DNA of 64,000 nt from an uncultured cyanobacterium (GTDB lineage Bacteria > Cyanobacteriota > Cyanobacteriia > Cyanobacteriales > CAWUOF01): positions 7,136,001-7,200,000 of the forward strand of contig CAVUSO010000001.1 in NCBI GenBank assembly GCA_963744145.1. Reading direction: 5' to 3'. Position 1 is the first letter of the stretch. Every line of letters begins with the position of its first letter. Made by a program: the position numbers and the translations under genes. The notes under the pieces are model-generated. The model was not told where the DNA came from and ran no database searches. It was given only the letters and a program-made list of their open reading frames with translations. Shown here in pieces: positions 1-9,714 of the stretch.

Positions 1-177
1 CAACGTAATCAGGAAGTAAGCCAAGCTGAACTGAGTGCTGCGGTCAATTCATTGTTGCAAGTTGTAGAAATACATCAACGCAACTTTGAGGTGATTATGA
101 ATGAAATTAGAGGGATTCGTACAGAAAACCAACGCATATTAGAACATTTATTTGGTCAACCAGAAAATGGAAAATGA
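1..177 (+). CDS. 3' end of small coiled-coil hypothetical protein (partial)
   Basis: Frame 1 is open from the window edge: ...EIRGIRTENQRILEHLFGQPENGK*. The C-terminus resembles that of 12181..12492 (IRGIQVENQRILRHLFG). Confidence 0.7.
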   Translation, partial: QRNQEVSQAELSAAVNSLLQVVEIHQRNFEVIMNEIRGIRTENQRILEHLFGQPENGK

Positions 178-252
178 ACGCACTTTTTTAGGTACTACGA
201 TCGCCGACAAATTCATAACTCTGGTTTCTTTGGCTCCCGCTATTTTCAATTA

Positions 253-358
253 GGCGATCGCTTTGCCCCAAACCTGGGTCGCGGATTAACAACTATTATA
301 ACTGAATAAGACCAATTTTACACTTCAGCTGCACTAGGAAAGCAGAGACTACCGACCT
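253..358 (+). repeat. 106-bp direct repeat, copy 1
   Basis: Near-identical to 966..1071; begins with GGCGATCGC. Confidence 0.9.
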
Positions 359-371
359 TATTAGTGCCTGT

Positions 372-707
372 CTATGCTACTCCAAACCCCGTATACTCTC
401 GGACATAGCGAGGTTGAAGTCCCAAGACGATATCTTCTTTAGTCACACCTATTTCTACTAATTCTTCAGCGATACTTTTGTCTGTTTGATTGCGCTGAAT
501 CCAGATTTTGCCATCTTTGATATCCAAGTGAATAAAGCAGTTATAAACGCGGTGATGTTCATTCCATCCCAAATCGATAATTAGATAGCGATCGCGTTCT
601 TTATCAAAAACTACTTCCACTTCTATTTCACCATTAATAGGTGGTGACTTCCCGTATGCTAATAACAACTTTTCAATACACTGACGATAATACTCTAGTT
701 TATCCAT
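372..707 (-). CDS. xisI: XisI family protein
   Basis: MDKLEYYRQ...HLDIKDGKIWIQ...IAEELVEIGV...DIVLG family signature. Confidence 0.9.
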   Translation of the reverse strand: MDKLEYYRQCIEKLLLAYGKSPPINGEIEVEVVFDKERDRYLIIDLGWNEHHRVYNCFIHLDIKDGKIWIQRNQTDKSIAEELVEIGVTKEDIVLGLQPRYVREYTGFGVA

Positions 708-803
708 CTGACGATTTCCTCCTTAACCGGATCGTATACAATTATTTTTACTTGGTATTTTTTTACTGAAGTTTTGGCTAACTCACGCTGGAAAAAAGAT
801 TCA
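695..803 (-). pseudogene. xisH: XisH C-terminal remnant
   Basis: Minus strand reads ESFFQRELAKTSVKKYQVKIIVYDPVKEEIVRWIN*, overlapping the xisI start; no N-terminus present. Confidence 0.75.
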
Positions 804-965
804 TTGATTTATATTCCTGACCTTATTCAACGATATATTAATTTGCACCAATTCTTGAGTGCGATCGCCCACAGTAATTAAGTCAGCACCTCGTCCTACT
901 CTTTTCCCAGGTTTCAGCGATTTAATCTAGCAAAACCCAAAAATTCGTTCAACTCCGCCAAAGTC

Positions 966-1071
966 GGCGATCGCTTTGCCCCAAACCTGAGTCGCGGATT
1001 AACAACTATTATAGCTGAATAAGACCAATTTTACACTTCACCTGCACTAGGAAAGCAGGGACTACCGACCT
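966..1071 (+). repeat. 106-bp direct repeat, copy 2
   Basis: Matches 253..358 with few substitutions. Confidence 0.9.
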
Positions 1072-1225
1072 CTGGACTGCGAAACATAATTAGTGATTGT
1101 CCTTCTTTCGTGACGGCGATAGGAGTTATAATTATACCGTATAATTTTTGCAGCAATTGTAGTTGATCTACTTGATGAAGATAGAGCAATGGTGATGTGT
1201 TAACAATAACTTTGTTTTCAGGCAT
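1031..1225 (-). pseudogene. Truncated PIN-domain (DUF3368-like) toxin
   Basis: VIVNTSPLLYLHQVDQLQLLQKLYG..ITP.AV..E N-terminus, which then runs into repeat sequence. Confidence 0.7.
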
Positions 1226-1469
1226 TATTTACATCTCTCTCTAATTCTTCAGTCGTTAATGAAAAGGTAGATACCTGATATTGGCCTAGTAAAATAAGGA
1301 ATTGGACTCGTGGCATTCCGGCTAACTGAGCAGCCCGTCCAGATGACAATTTACCCAGTTCAAATAATTTCACAGCTGCTAAAATTTGCAATTCTCTGGC
1401 AATAGTTTCCCTGGTTTCTTTTAGGCTGATTAATACCTCTTCGGGAATTTCGATAGACACGGTACTCAT
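1218..1469 (-). CDS. UPF0175 family antitoxin-like protein
   Basis: AVKLFELGKLSSGRAAQLAGM motif; overlaps the downstream PIN gene. Confidence 0.85.
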   Translation of the reverse strand: MSTVSIEIPEEVLISLKETRETIARELQILAAVKLFELGKLSSGRAAQLAGMPRVQFLILLGQYQVSTFSLTTEELERDVNNA

Positions 1470-1524
1470 ATTTAAAATATAGTAGGATATCTTGATAATT
1501 ATAGCTTAACGCTCAGTTTATTAT

Positions 1525-1785
1525 ATGTCTAAATCTGAAATTACTATCACTGTCAAACTCTTTGCTGCTTACCAAGAAGCTTATGGAGTACCTGAACTAA
1601 TCCTCAAATTTCCCGAACACACTCCCGTCCTATCTGTGTGCGATCGGCTCCTTTCGGAACATCCAGAACTTAATTTTTTGCGTAATCTTACCCGTTTTGG
1701 GGTTAATCTCAACTTCGTCGCTCCCGATACTTTACTCCAAGATGGGGACGAAGTTGTCTTAATCCCTCCTGTGAGCGGTGGTTAA
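1525..1785 (+). CDS. moaD: MoaD/ThiS family sulfur carrier
   Basis: VKLFA N-terminus and DGDEVVLIPPVSGG C-terminal di-Gly. Confidence 0.85.
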   Translation: MSKSEITITVKLFAAYQEAYGVPELILKFPEHTPVLSVCDRLLSEHPELNFLRNLTRFGVNLNFVAPDTLLQDGDEVVLIPPVSGG

Positions 1786-1809
1786 ACTCCATTTCTGACC
1801 TCAAAAATT

Positions 1810-1834
1810 ATACCCGACAAAATTTGTCGGATAT
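1810..1834. promoter_or_regulatory. 25-bp imperfect palindrome resembling an IscR/Rrf2 type-1 operator
   Basis: ATACCCGACAAAATTTGTCGGATAT, 70 bp upstream of the thrC-like gene; matches ATASYYGACTRWWWYAGTCRRSTAT at 22/25 positions. Confidence 0.6.
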
Positions 1835-1904
1835 GTTTGACGATATTTGTTGCTAGTGCTACTATCAACCAAACATTGAATAAATCGCGGGAGCTAGTCC
1901 ACCT

Positions 1905-3209
1905 ATGACCGTGACCACTAAAATCGAAACCCAATCTACAACAGCCACTTTTAAAAGTCTGAAGTGTAAAGAGTGTGGCTCAGAATATGAACCTCAAGCA
2001 ATCCACGTCTGTGAATTCTGTTTTGGACCGCTAGAAGTAAGCTATGACTATGAAGCTCTAACTCGTCACGTTACTCGTGAAAGTATTCAAGCTGGACCAA
2101 ATTCAATTTGGCGCTATCGTCCATTTTTACCAGTAGCTACAGATAATGTTATTGATGTGGGCACAGGAATGACCCCCCTAGTGCGATCGCAGCGTCTCGC
2201 CAGACGACTGGGCTTAAAAAATCTTTATATTAAAAATGATGCTGTGAATATGCCCACCCTGAGTTTTAAAGATCGGGTAGTATCCGTGGCGTTAACTCGG
2301 GCTAGAGAATTAGGTTTTACTACTGTATCCTGTGCTAGTACGGGAAATTTAGCTAATTCCACCGCAGCGATCGCAGCTCATGCTGGTTTAGATTGTTGTG
2401 TATTTATCCCCTCAGATTTAGAATCAGGCAAAGTTTTAGGGACTCTAATTTACGGACCGAAAGTGATGGCTGTTCACGGTAATTACGATCAAGTGAACCG
2501 TCTATGTTGTGAAGTTGCTAATACCCACGGTTGGGGATTTGTGAATATTAATTTACGTCCTTATTATTCAGAAGGTTCCAAAACTCTTGGTTATGAAGTT
2601 GCCGAACAATTAGGGTGGCAACTACCAGATCATATAGTTGCTCCTCTAGCTTCCGGTTCCTTATTTACAAAAATTTATAAAGGTTTCCAAGAATTTACTC
2701 AAGTTGGTTTAGTCGATGGCAAAAATGTGCGCTTCAGTGGAGCCCAAGCGGAAGGATGTTCTCCCATTGCTCAAGCTTATCGGGAAGGAAGAGATTTTGT
2801 CACACCAGTAAAACCTAATACAATTGCCAAATCGATCGCGATCGGTAATCCTGCTGATGGAATTTATGCTCTAGAAATCGCTCGCAAAACTGGTGGGCAA
2901 ATTGAATCCGTTAATGATCCAGAAATTATTGAAGGGATTAAATTATTAGCAGAAACCGAAGGAATCTTTACCGAAACTGCTGGGGGGACAACGGTTGCGG
3001 TCTTGAAGAAATTAGTAGAAGCAGGTAAAATCGACCCAGAGGAAACCACCGTAGTCTATATCACTGGTAATGGCTTGAAAACACAGGAAGCTGTTCAAGG
3101 ATATATCGGTGAACCCTTGACCATTGAAGCAAAACTTGATAGTTTCGAGCGTGCTTTAGAGCGATCGCATACACTCGATCGCTTGGAATGGCAACAAGTG
3201 CTAGTCTAA
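1905..3209 (+). CDS. thrC: Threonine synthase family PLP enzyme with N-terminal Zn ribbon
   Basis: CKEC..CEFC; PTLSFKDR PLP lysine; ASTGN; ITGNGLK. Confidence 0.9.
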   Translation: MTVTTKIETQSTTATFKSLKCKECGSEYEPQAIHVCEFCFGPLEVSYDYEALTRHVTRESIQAGPNSIWRYRPFLPVATDNVIDVGTGMTPLVRSQRLARRLGLKNLYIKNDAVNMPTLSFKDRVVSVALTRARELGFTTVSCASTGNLANSTAAIAAHAGLDCCVFIPSDLESGKVLGTLIYGPKVMAVHGNYDQVNRLCCEVANTHGWGFVNINLRPYYSEGSKTLGYEVAEQLGWQLPDHIVAPLASGSLFTKIYKGFQEFTQVGLVDGKNVRFSGAQAEGCSPIAQAYREGRDFVTPVKPNTIAKSIAIGNPADGIYALEIARKTGGQIESVNDPEIIEGIKLLAETEGIFTETAGGTTVAVLKKLVEAGKIDPEETTVVYITGNGLKTQEAVQGYIGEPLTIEAKLDSFERALERSHTLDRLEWQQVLV

Positions 3210-3279
3210 ATTATTATCACCAGGTAATAGGTGGAAAAATCTATTACCAGTCAACCTCTCACGAATCACCTAAATAACC

Positions 3280-3555
3280 ATGGCTGTTAAAGTTTTAATC
3301 CCCACTACCCTGCAAAAATTTACTAACGAGCAAGCTACGATCGAATGTACCACCGATAGCGTTGCAGGTTTAATTAATTCTCTAGGAAACGACTACCCGG
3401 AAATGAAAGCACGTATTTGTGATGAGAATGGAGAACCACGTCGGTTTCTGAATTTTTACGTTAATACTGAAGATATCCGCTTTTTACAAGGTACTAAAAC
3501 CCTTCTCAAAGACGGGGATGAGGTTAGTATTGTACCTGCGGTTGCTGGTGGTTAA
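3280..3555 (+). CDS. MoaD/ThiS (CysO-like) sulfur carrier
   Basis: [14 protein letters not shown]...[14 protein letters not shown]. Confidence 0.9.
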   Translation: MAVKVLIPTTLQKFTNEQATIECTTDSVAGLINSLGNDYPEMKARICDENGEPRRFLNFYVNTEDIRFLQGTKTLLKDGDEVSIVPAVAGG

Positions 3556-3579
3556 TTAAACATAGCAACTAATTTATTA

Positions 3580-3624
3580 AAGCACGCAGATCCGATTTAT
3601 GATTCTGCGTGCTGCTTTTTTTTT
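3580..3624 (+). terminator. Rho-independent terminator
   Basis: AGCACGCAGA...TCTGCGTGCT hairpin followed by a T run. Confidence 0.8.
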
Positions 3625-3746
3625 GATATTTCTAATACTAATCGAGGGAAAATGTCAACCCGATCGCGATCGACAAAAGTGTGGGAAAAACTCCGATCGC
3701 GATCAGCTTAAATAGTTGCGTGAAGAAGTAATTTTAATAGTTATTT

Positions 3747-4682
3747 TTAAAGAGAATAAACTGCTTTGATAAATTGCTCAGAAATAAAGGGCAATATTGC
3801 CTCATTTTTACTATTTGCTTTACCCTCAGTAAACACAACCAATAAATAGGGTCGTCCGGTTGGTAATTCAATATAAGCAGAATCGTGACGAACTTGACTG
3901 GTTAAACCAGCTTTCGACCATAATTGGGCATTTTGGGGTAGTCCACTACCGAAAAAACCTGTCACCTGATTTTCAGGATCATCCTTTAAATCTTGGGGAT
4001 TCAAACTACGTTTCATTAAACCCATCATCACCTGAGACATGGGTGATGATACAGCTACCCCACCAACAATACTATGTAACAACCTAGCTGTAGCATTAGT
4101 AGTCAGCATATTGCGGTTTTCCATCAATTCTCCTAAAAAAATTCTTTCCCGACCGTATGGTCCATCACACCAGGTTTTTTGATTGACATTAATTAGGTCT
4201 AATTCGGACCAACCTAAAGACTTAAAATAACGATTAACAATATTTCGTTGTTGTTTCCATGTCTCATAGGGACTTGAAGGTAATTCTGGACCGCTCGTGG
4301 TGCCGGTTAAAACATCTAAGACTAAACTGGTCGCATCGTTGCTAGAGTGAATAATCATGTCTTGAATTGCTCTTTCTAGCTCCGGTGAGGTTTGAATCAT
4401 TTCTTGATCTAACCATTCACAAACTGCTACGAGGTAAAAAAGCTTCACAATACTAGCTGGATAAATCCGTTCATCCGCGCGATATCCATAACCCCGAACT
4501 TGATGTTTCCAAAATTCGATTGGGCTTAAGGCACCTCCAGTATTAACTGGTACTGGTGGATCGTAAACTATCCAAGTACAGGCAATTTGATTTCTTGCTA
4601 GTTCTGGAAATTCTGCCCAAGTTGCTTCTAAAATAGCCGTGGTAATTGTTTGTAGTTGTTCGTCTTGGCGAAAAAAAGTCAT
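3747..4682 (-). CDS. Class A beta-lactamase-like serine hydrolase
   Basis: PASIVK (SxxK), SSN and KAG motifs. Confidence 0.85.
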   Translation of the reverse strand: MTFFRQDEQLQTITTAILEATWAEFPELARNQIACTWIVYDPPVPVNTGGALSPIEFWKHQVRGYGYRADERIYPASIVKLFYLVAVCEWLDQEMIQTSPELERAIQDMIIHSSNDATSLVLDVLTGTTSGPELPSSPYETWKQQRNIVNRYFKSLGWSELDLINVNQKTWCDGPYGRERIFLGELMENRNMLTTNATARLLHSIVGGVAVSSPMSQVMMGLMKRSLNPQDLKDDPENQVTGFFGSGLPQNAQLWSKAGLTSQVRHDSAYIELPTGRPYLLVVFTEGKANSKNEAILPFISEQFIKAVYSL

Positions 4683-4733
4683 AAGATTAGTTAAGGTTAT
4701 TGGTTAATCAATCAAGTATAGATAATAAATATC

Positions 4734-5486
4734 ATGGTAGAAATCACCCAAATTCGATCTGATCTAACTTCTGAGCAGGTTGCTACTCAGGAGTATTGTT
4801 GTGTAGCGAACCTGAACATTTATAATGGCCCTAATTCCGATCGCTTGGCAACTCAGGCAGCAATTGGACGACACTTGCGTATTTTACCCCCATCTGAGCA
4901 AGAAAATCCCAATTTCGAGGGAAATTTTTACCAAATCCAACTATGTGAAGATGATTATCCTGGTTGGTTGTCCATTAGCGATCTCGAACATCTGGAATTT
5001 GCTGATTCTGCTTATCAAGCGATCGCACTATCTGAGTCAGATATCCACAACCGCTTACCAGATGCGATCGCATTTACCTTAAAAGCCATGAACCAACCAA
5101 ACGAGTATCTCTGGGGGGGCACAATTGGACCAAATTATGATTGTTCTGGTTTAATTCAAGCAGCTTTTGCCGCGCATCAGATTTGGCTTCCTCGAGATGC
5201 TTATCAACAAGAAGCTTTTACTACTCCCATTAATTTAGCTGACCTGCAACCGGGCGACCTAATATTTTTTGGCTCACCTGAAAAAGCTACTCATGTAGGA
5301 CTATATTTGGGTGAAAATCAATATATCCATAGTTCAGGTCAGAGTCAAGGTCGCAATGGGATTGGGATAGATATATTATCAGATACTGGGGACAGGGTTA
5401 GTCAAACCTATTATCGTCAACTAAGAGGAGCGGGTCGCATTATGACTAGTTATCAGCCTAGTGGCAAAAGTAAAAATTGGCTTTAA
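4734..5486 (+). CDS. NlpC/P60 (C40) peptidase
   Basis: YLWGG..YDCSGL...LPRDAYQQ...PGDLIFF...HVGLY...IHS. Confidence 0.9.
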   Translation: MVEITQIRSDLTSEQVATQEYCCVANLNIYNGPNSDRLATQAAIGRHLRILPPSEQENPNFEGNFYQIQLCEDDYPGWLSISDLEHLEFADSAYQAIALSESDIHNRLPDAIAFTLKAMNQPNEYLWGGTIGPNYDCSGLIQAAFAAHQIWLPRDAYQQEAFTTPINLADLQPGDLIFFGSPEKATHVGLYLGENQYIHSSGQSQGRNGIGIDILSDTGDRVSQTYYRQLRGAGRIMTSYQPSGKSKNWL

Positions 5487-5528
5487 TATCTAAATTGGTG
5501 TGAGATATTAAGAAAAAATTACAATTCC

Positions 5529-6536
5529 ATGAGCATTTCCTTAGTCCAAGAGCAAAAATCTTTGCACAACAGTAGATCTACCAAACCAAACCTACAAGTA
5601 TCCGTAGTTATCCCGATTAAAAACGAAGTAGAAAGCTTACCCCATCTGATTGAATCAATTTCTACCAGTCTAACTACCAGTCAGCTTACCTATGAAATTA
5701 TCTGTATCGATGATGGATCTAAGGATGGTTCAGTGGAATTGCTCAAAAAACAAGCAAGATTACGGACTGACTTGAAAGCTGTAATTTTACGACGTAATTA
5801 TGGTCAAAGTGCGGCAATGTCCGCTGGATTTAATTATGCTCAAGGTCAGATAATTATCACCTTGGATGGTGACTTGCAAAATGACCCCGCCGATATACCT
5901 TTATTATTAGCTAAACTAGAAGAAGGATATGATTTAGTCAGTGGTTGGCGTCAAGATAGACAGGATGCGACCTTAACTCGTCTGATTCCCTCAAAAATAG
6001 CTAATTGGCTAATTGGAAAAGTGACAGGTGTAAACATCCATGATTATGGTTGTTCTTTAAAAGCATATCGCTCCGAATTGGTAGCTGATTTAAACCTCTA
6101 TGGTGAGTTACATCGATTTTTACCCGCGTTAGCATTTATTGAAGGTGCCCGAATTGCGGAATTACCTGTACGTCATCATGCGCGTCGTTATGGTAAAAGT
6201 AAATATGGTTTGAGTCGAACTTTTCGAGTGTTGATGGATTTGTTTACCATCTGGTTTATGAAAACCTTTTTAACTCGTCCGATGCACGTATTTGGGCTGG
6301 GAGGAATGTTATCTATTATCTTGGGAATTTTACTGGGAACTTATTTAACTTTTCTGAAATTAGAACTTGGTCAAAGTATTGGTAATCGACCTTTGTTAAT
6401 TTTGGTAGTGTTATTAGTAGTGACAGGGATACAGTTACTAAGTTTTGGGTTACTAGCGGAATTATTAATGCGAACTTATCACGAATCTCAAGGACGTCCA
6501 ATCTATCGAGTTAGGGAGGTAGTATCAGGACCTTAA
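5529..6536 (+). CDS. Glycosyltransferase family 2 (DPM/ArnC-like)
   Basis: DDGSKD, RRNYGQ, LDGDLQNDP motifs; two C-terminal TM helices. Confidence 0.9.
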   Translation: MSISLVQEQKSLHNSRSTKPNLQVSVVIPIKNEVESLPHLIESISTSLTTSQLTYEIICIDDGSKDGSVELLKKQARLRTDLKAVILRRNYGQSAAMSAGFNYAQGQIIITLDGDLQNDPADIPLLLAKLEEGYDLVSGWRQDRQDATLTRLIPSKIANWLIGKVTGVNIHDYGCSLKAYRSELVADLNLYGELHRFLPALAFIEGARIAELPVRHHARRYGKSKYGLSRTFRVLMDLFTIWFMKTFLTRPMHVFGLGGMLSIILGILLGTYLTFLKLELGQSIGNRPLLILVVLLVVTGIQLLSFGLLAELLMRTYHESQGRPIYRVREVVSGP

Positions 6537-6572
6537 TGATCTCGAACCGCATTTAGTTCCCTGTAAAAGAGG

Positions 6573-7295
6573 TTGACAATGGCTAAGGATGTTTTCCATC
6601 AACAAGTCAAAAACGCTTTAATTAAAGATGGCTGGAATATTACCCATGATCCTCTAACAATTTGGATTAGTGAAGCAGTCAAATTACAAATTGATTTGGC
6701 CGCAGAAAGTACGATCACCGCAGAACGGGACTCAGAAAAAATAGCTGTAGAAATTAAAAGCTTTATTGGAGACTCAGATATTAGCGCCTTTCATACTGCA
6801 TTAGGGCAATATCTTAACTATTGCCAAGCACTTGAAGAACAAGAACCAGATCGAATTGTTTATTTAGCAATTCCTATGGAAACTTATCATACCAATTAAC
6901 TATGAAATTGCACTTAATCTGAGGTTGATCTGTTAGGCCAGGGCAGGTTTATAATGGTGATCTGTTGGTGGCAAAATTGACTGGTGAACCTGCCCCTACC
7001 AGTTTTATCCTCAATTTGCGGATTTCTGTAGTAGGGGCGGGTTCGCCCAGATTTTTGAAATTTACCAATTAATTAGAAAAACCCGCCCGGGTTCACCGAG
7101 ATGTTTGACATTTACCTACTAATCATCAAAACCCACCCTCACCCACAGATCAATATACATCAATGTATCTTCATGGTGAATTGGTATCAGGATTTTTTTC
7201 AGCTTTACTTTATTCAACGTTCTCTTAAACGTTTCCAAGTCAAGCTGATGATTTACGATCCTAAACAGGAGGAGATCAAGCAATGGATAAAGTAG
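6573..7295 (+). pseudogene. xisH: XisH interrupted by MITE
   Basis: AKDVFH...AVEIKSF...ALGQY; removing 6890..7186 plus one TCA restores ...METYQDFFQ...YDPKQEEIKQWIK in frame. Confidence 0.9.
6890..7186. mobile_element. 297-bp MITE with TACCAATT termini and TCA target duplication
   Basis: TACCAATT...AATTGGTA flanked by TCA/TCA; internal REP-like GTAGGGGCGGGTT hairpins. Confidence 0.85.
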
Positions 7296-7618
7296 AACAG
7301 TATCGACAATTTATTAAGCAAATTTTGACAGAACACGCCGAAATTGCTACCACTACTGATCCAGTAAAAGCAGAATTAATATTTGATTCCGAACATGACC
7401 ATTATCAACTCGCATTCGTGGGTTGGCAGGGAGATAAGCGAGTCTTTGGCCCAGTGATGCACTTTGATATTCAAGATGGCAAAATCTGGATTCAGTATAA
7501 CGGTACGGAAGATTTGGTGGCAGAAAGATTGGTTGAGATGGGTGTACCGACTTCAGATATCGTTCTCGGTTTTCATTCCGCTTTTAAACGCCAATTTACT
7601 CGTTATGCAGTTGGTTAA
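7283..7618 (+). CDS. xisI: XisI family protein
   Basis: MDKVEQYRQ...HFDIQDGKIWIQYNGTE...DIVLGF. Confidence 0.9.
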   Translation: MDKVEQYRQFIKQILTEHAEIATTTDPVKAELIFDSEHDHYQLAFVGWQGDKRVFGPVMHFDIQDGKIWIQYNGTEDLVAERLVEMGVPTSDIVLGFHSAFKRQFTRYAVG

Positions 7619-7861
7619 AAAAGATTGAATACTAGATTTGAGCATGAGCGCGATCGCCGAACGTCCGAACGAGTAAATCGAGCTACATTAGCACTTCTTG
7701 TTCATCATTGACGACAACAAACTGGATCAGATTTTCTACAGAATATCGTCAACACTTGTCATTTGGATTCGAGCTTATTGGGATAATTTAACTTTAGGTA
7801 TTCGTCCTCATAGCCAACCACAAGTAAAGCAATGGTTACAAGAAAACTTTGAGCCTAGATT

Positions 7862-8107
7862 TCAAGATAATTCAGAAGCTAAATATGATGTCTTGGTAAA
7901 AGTATCAAGATTATCTTTAATCCGATCGCCAGTCTCCGATCGCAATTGTGAAGCTACATTATTTATGGCTGTTTGTTCGTTACGGAAGGATAGCCATCCA
8001 GTGACTCCAACTGCAGCCATGATTTGCAACGAAAAAGGAACAACTAGCAATAATCTCAAAGGGACTTGTCTAGTTTTTTGGGATTGATGAGGGAGTTGCG
8101 GTAGCAT
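7862..8107 (-). pseudogene. N-terminal remnant of a Cache-domain sensor
   Basis: VPLRLLLVVPFSLQIMAAVGVTGWLSFRN resembles the N-terminus of 53752..55737; truncated. Confidence 0.65.
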
Positions 8108-8277
8108 CTCCTTAGAGGAATGGTTATAGATTTTATTGTAACCGTTCAGGGGGGTAGAAGAGAAATAGCCAAAAAAGAGGATAAAATCTGATACATTAAG
8201 TGACATGGAAGAAAATGCTTACTCTTTTAACTAAGTCAAACTGACGTTAAATTTAAGTTTCTGAGGAAATCTTAGTT

Positions 8278-9540
8278 TTGAAAATTATTAATTCTCTCGA
8301 ACCCGACTTACGTCAAAATTTGCTGGTTTTATTTATTGGTGGACTGCTGTTTTGGTGTAGTATCGCTTCCTTATTCCCAACTTTACCTTTATACATCCAA
8401 TCCATAGGAGGTACAACCCAAGAGATTGGAATTGTTATGGGTGCTTTTGCGATCGGACTATTGCTATTTCGATCTTGGTTAGGACAGATGACCGATCAAA
8501 ATAGTCGGAAGCTAGTTTTAATTTTAGGTACTGTGATCGCAACGATCGCACCTTTGGGTTACCTAGTAGTCCACTCGATTCCTTGGTTAGTAGTCTTACG
8601 AGCGTTTCATGGTGTGAGTATTGCTGCTTTTGCTACCGCTTACAATGCTCTAGTAGTGGATCTATCTCCACCTCATCACCGTGGGGAAATTATTGGCTAT
8701 ATGAGTCTAATTCATCCGGTTGGTATGGCGATCGGTCCAGCGATTGGAGGATCATTACAAGTAGCTGTCGGTTATCTACCTTTATTTATCATGGCTGCTA
8801 GTTTAGGGATATTGTCCTTTATGATGTCCCTAGGAATAAAAGAATCTAGGGTCAGTCGGAAAAATTTAGCTGTTTCTAGTCAATCACCAGAATCAGATTT
8901 ATTTTGGCAATTACTGGGAACTCCCCGTCTCCGAGTACCCGCGTTGGTGATGCTATTAATCGGTTTTACTTTTGGGACTTTAAGTACGTTTCTACCTTTA
9001 TTTATTCAAGAAGCTGGGATTAATTTTAATGTGGGCTGGTTTTATTCTACTGCCGCGATCGCCAGTTTTGCGATCCGATTAGTGGTGGGACGAGCTTCTG
9101 ATCATTATGGTCGTGGATTTTTTATTACCAGCAGTTTAATAGCTTATAGTGTGGCTATGCTCCTGGTCACAACCACGTCCAATCCGCTCAGTTTGATCGG
9201 CGCGGCGATTTTAGAAGGCGCGGGAGCAGCTACACTATTCACTATGATGATCGCAATGATGTCCGATCGCTCCCATACTCAAGAACGTGGTCGAGTTTTG
9301 TCTTTATGTATCTGTGGTTTTGACTTCGGAATTGCTATTTCTGGTCCAATGATGGGAGCGATCGCGGCACAAGTTGATTATAGATCGATGTTTGGTACGA
9401 CAGTAGGTTTATGTTGTTTAGCAGTAACTATTTTTATGACCCGCTCAAGTAAGGATTTATCCCATTCCCTGAGATTTGCTTTTGGTCGGGAAAAAGATGT
9501 CTATGCTGTAACTGAGATCAACTCGTTCAGTTCTCAATGA
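8278..9540 (+). CDS. MFS transporter
   Basis: About 12 hydrophobic segments; GQMTDQNSRK and GRASDHYGR motif A. Confidence 0.9.
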   Translation: MKIINSLEPDLRQNLLVLFIGGLLFWCSIASLFPTLPLYIQSIGGTTQEIGIVMGAFAIGLLLFRSWLGQMTDQNSRKLVLILGTVIATIAPLGYLVVHSIPWLVVLRAFHGVSIAAFATAYNALVVDLSPPHHRGEIIGYMSLIHPVGMAIGPAIGGSLQVAVGYLPLFIMAASLGILSFMMSLGIKESRVSRKNLAVSSQSPESDLFWQLLGTPRLRVPALVMLLIGFTFGTLSTFLPLFIQEAGINFNVGWFYSTAAIASFAIRLVVGRASDHYGRGFFITSSLIAYSVAMLLVTTTSNPLSLIGAAILEGAGAATLFTMMIAMMSDRSHTQERGRVLSLCICGFDFGIAISGPMMGAIAAQVDYRSMFGTTVGLCCLAVTIFMTRSSKDLSHSLRFAFGREKDVYAVTEINSFSSQ

Positions 9541-9588
9541 CTAAAATTTTCCAGTGTTCCACCCAAGCATTTAAGTGCCCAATTACCC

Positions 9589-9662
9589 ACCTAGGGTAAA
9601 CTTAGGGTAAACCCTTCGACTACGCTCAGGGCTACGCTCAGGGAACACTCAGGGTAAACCTT
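9589..9662. repeat. Short tandem repeats (CCCTTCGACTACGCTCAGGG family)
   Basis: Same unit recurs at 14004-14023 (reverse), 32746-32820, 51828-51900 and 58394-58440. Confidence 0.7.
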
Positions 9663-9714
9663 GAGCCATTAACTATCGTCCGAATACTTTGCTCCTACCA
9701 TTAACTGAACTGTA

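Noticed and set aside
7101..7295. Independent 64-aa gene
   Set aside because: Chimera of MITE sequence and the xisH C-terminus.
7698..8087. 129-aa plus-strand gene
   Set aside because: The 3' half is antisense to the sensor remnant; the 5' part may be a gene fragment but cannot be assigned.
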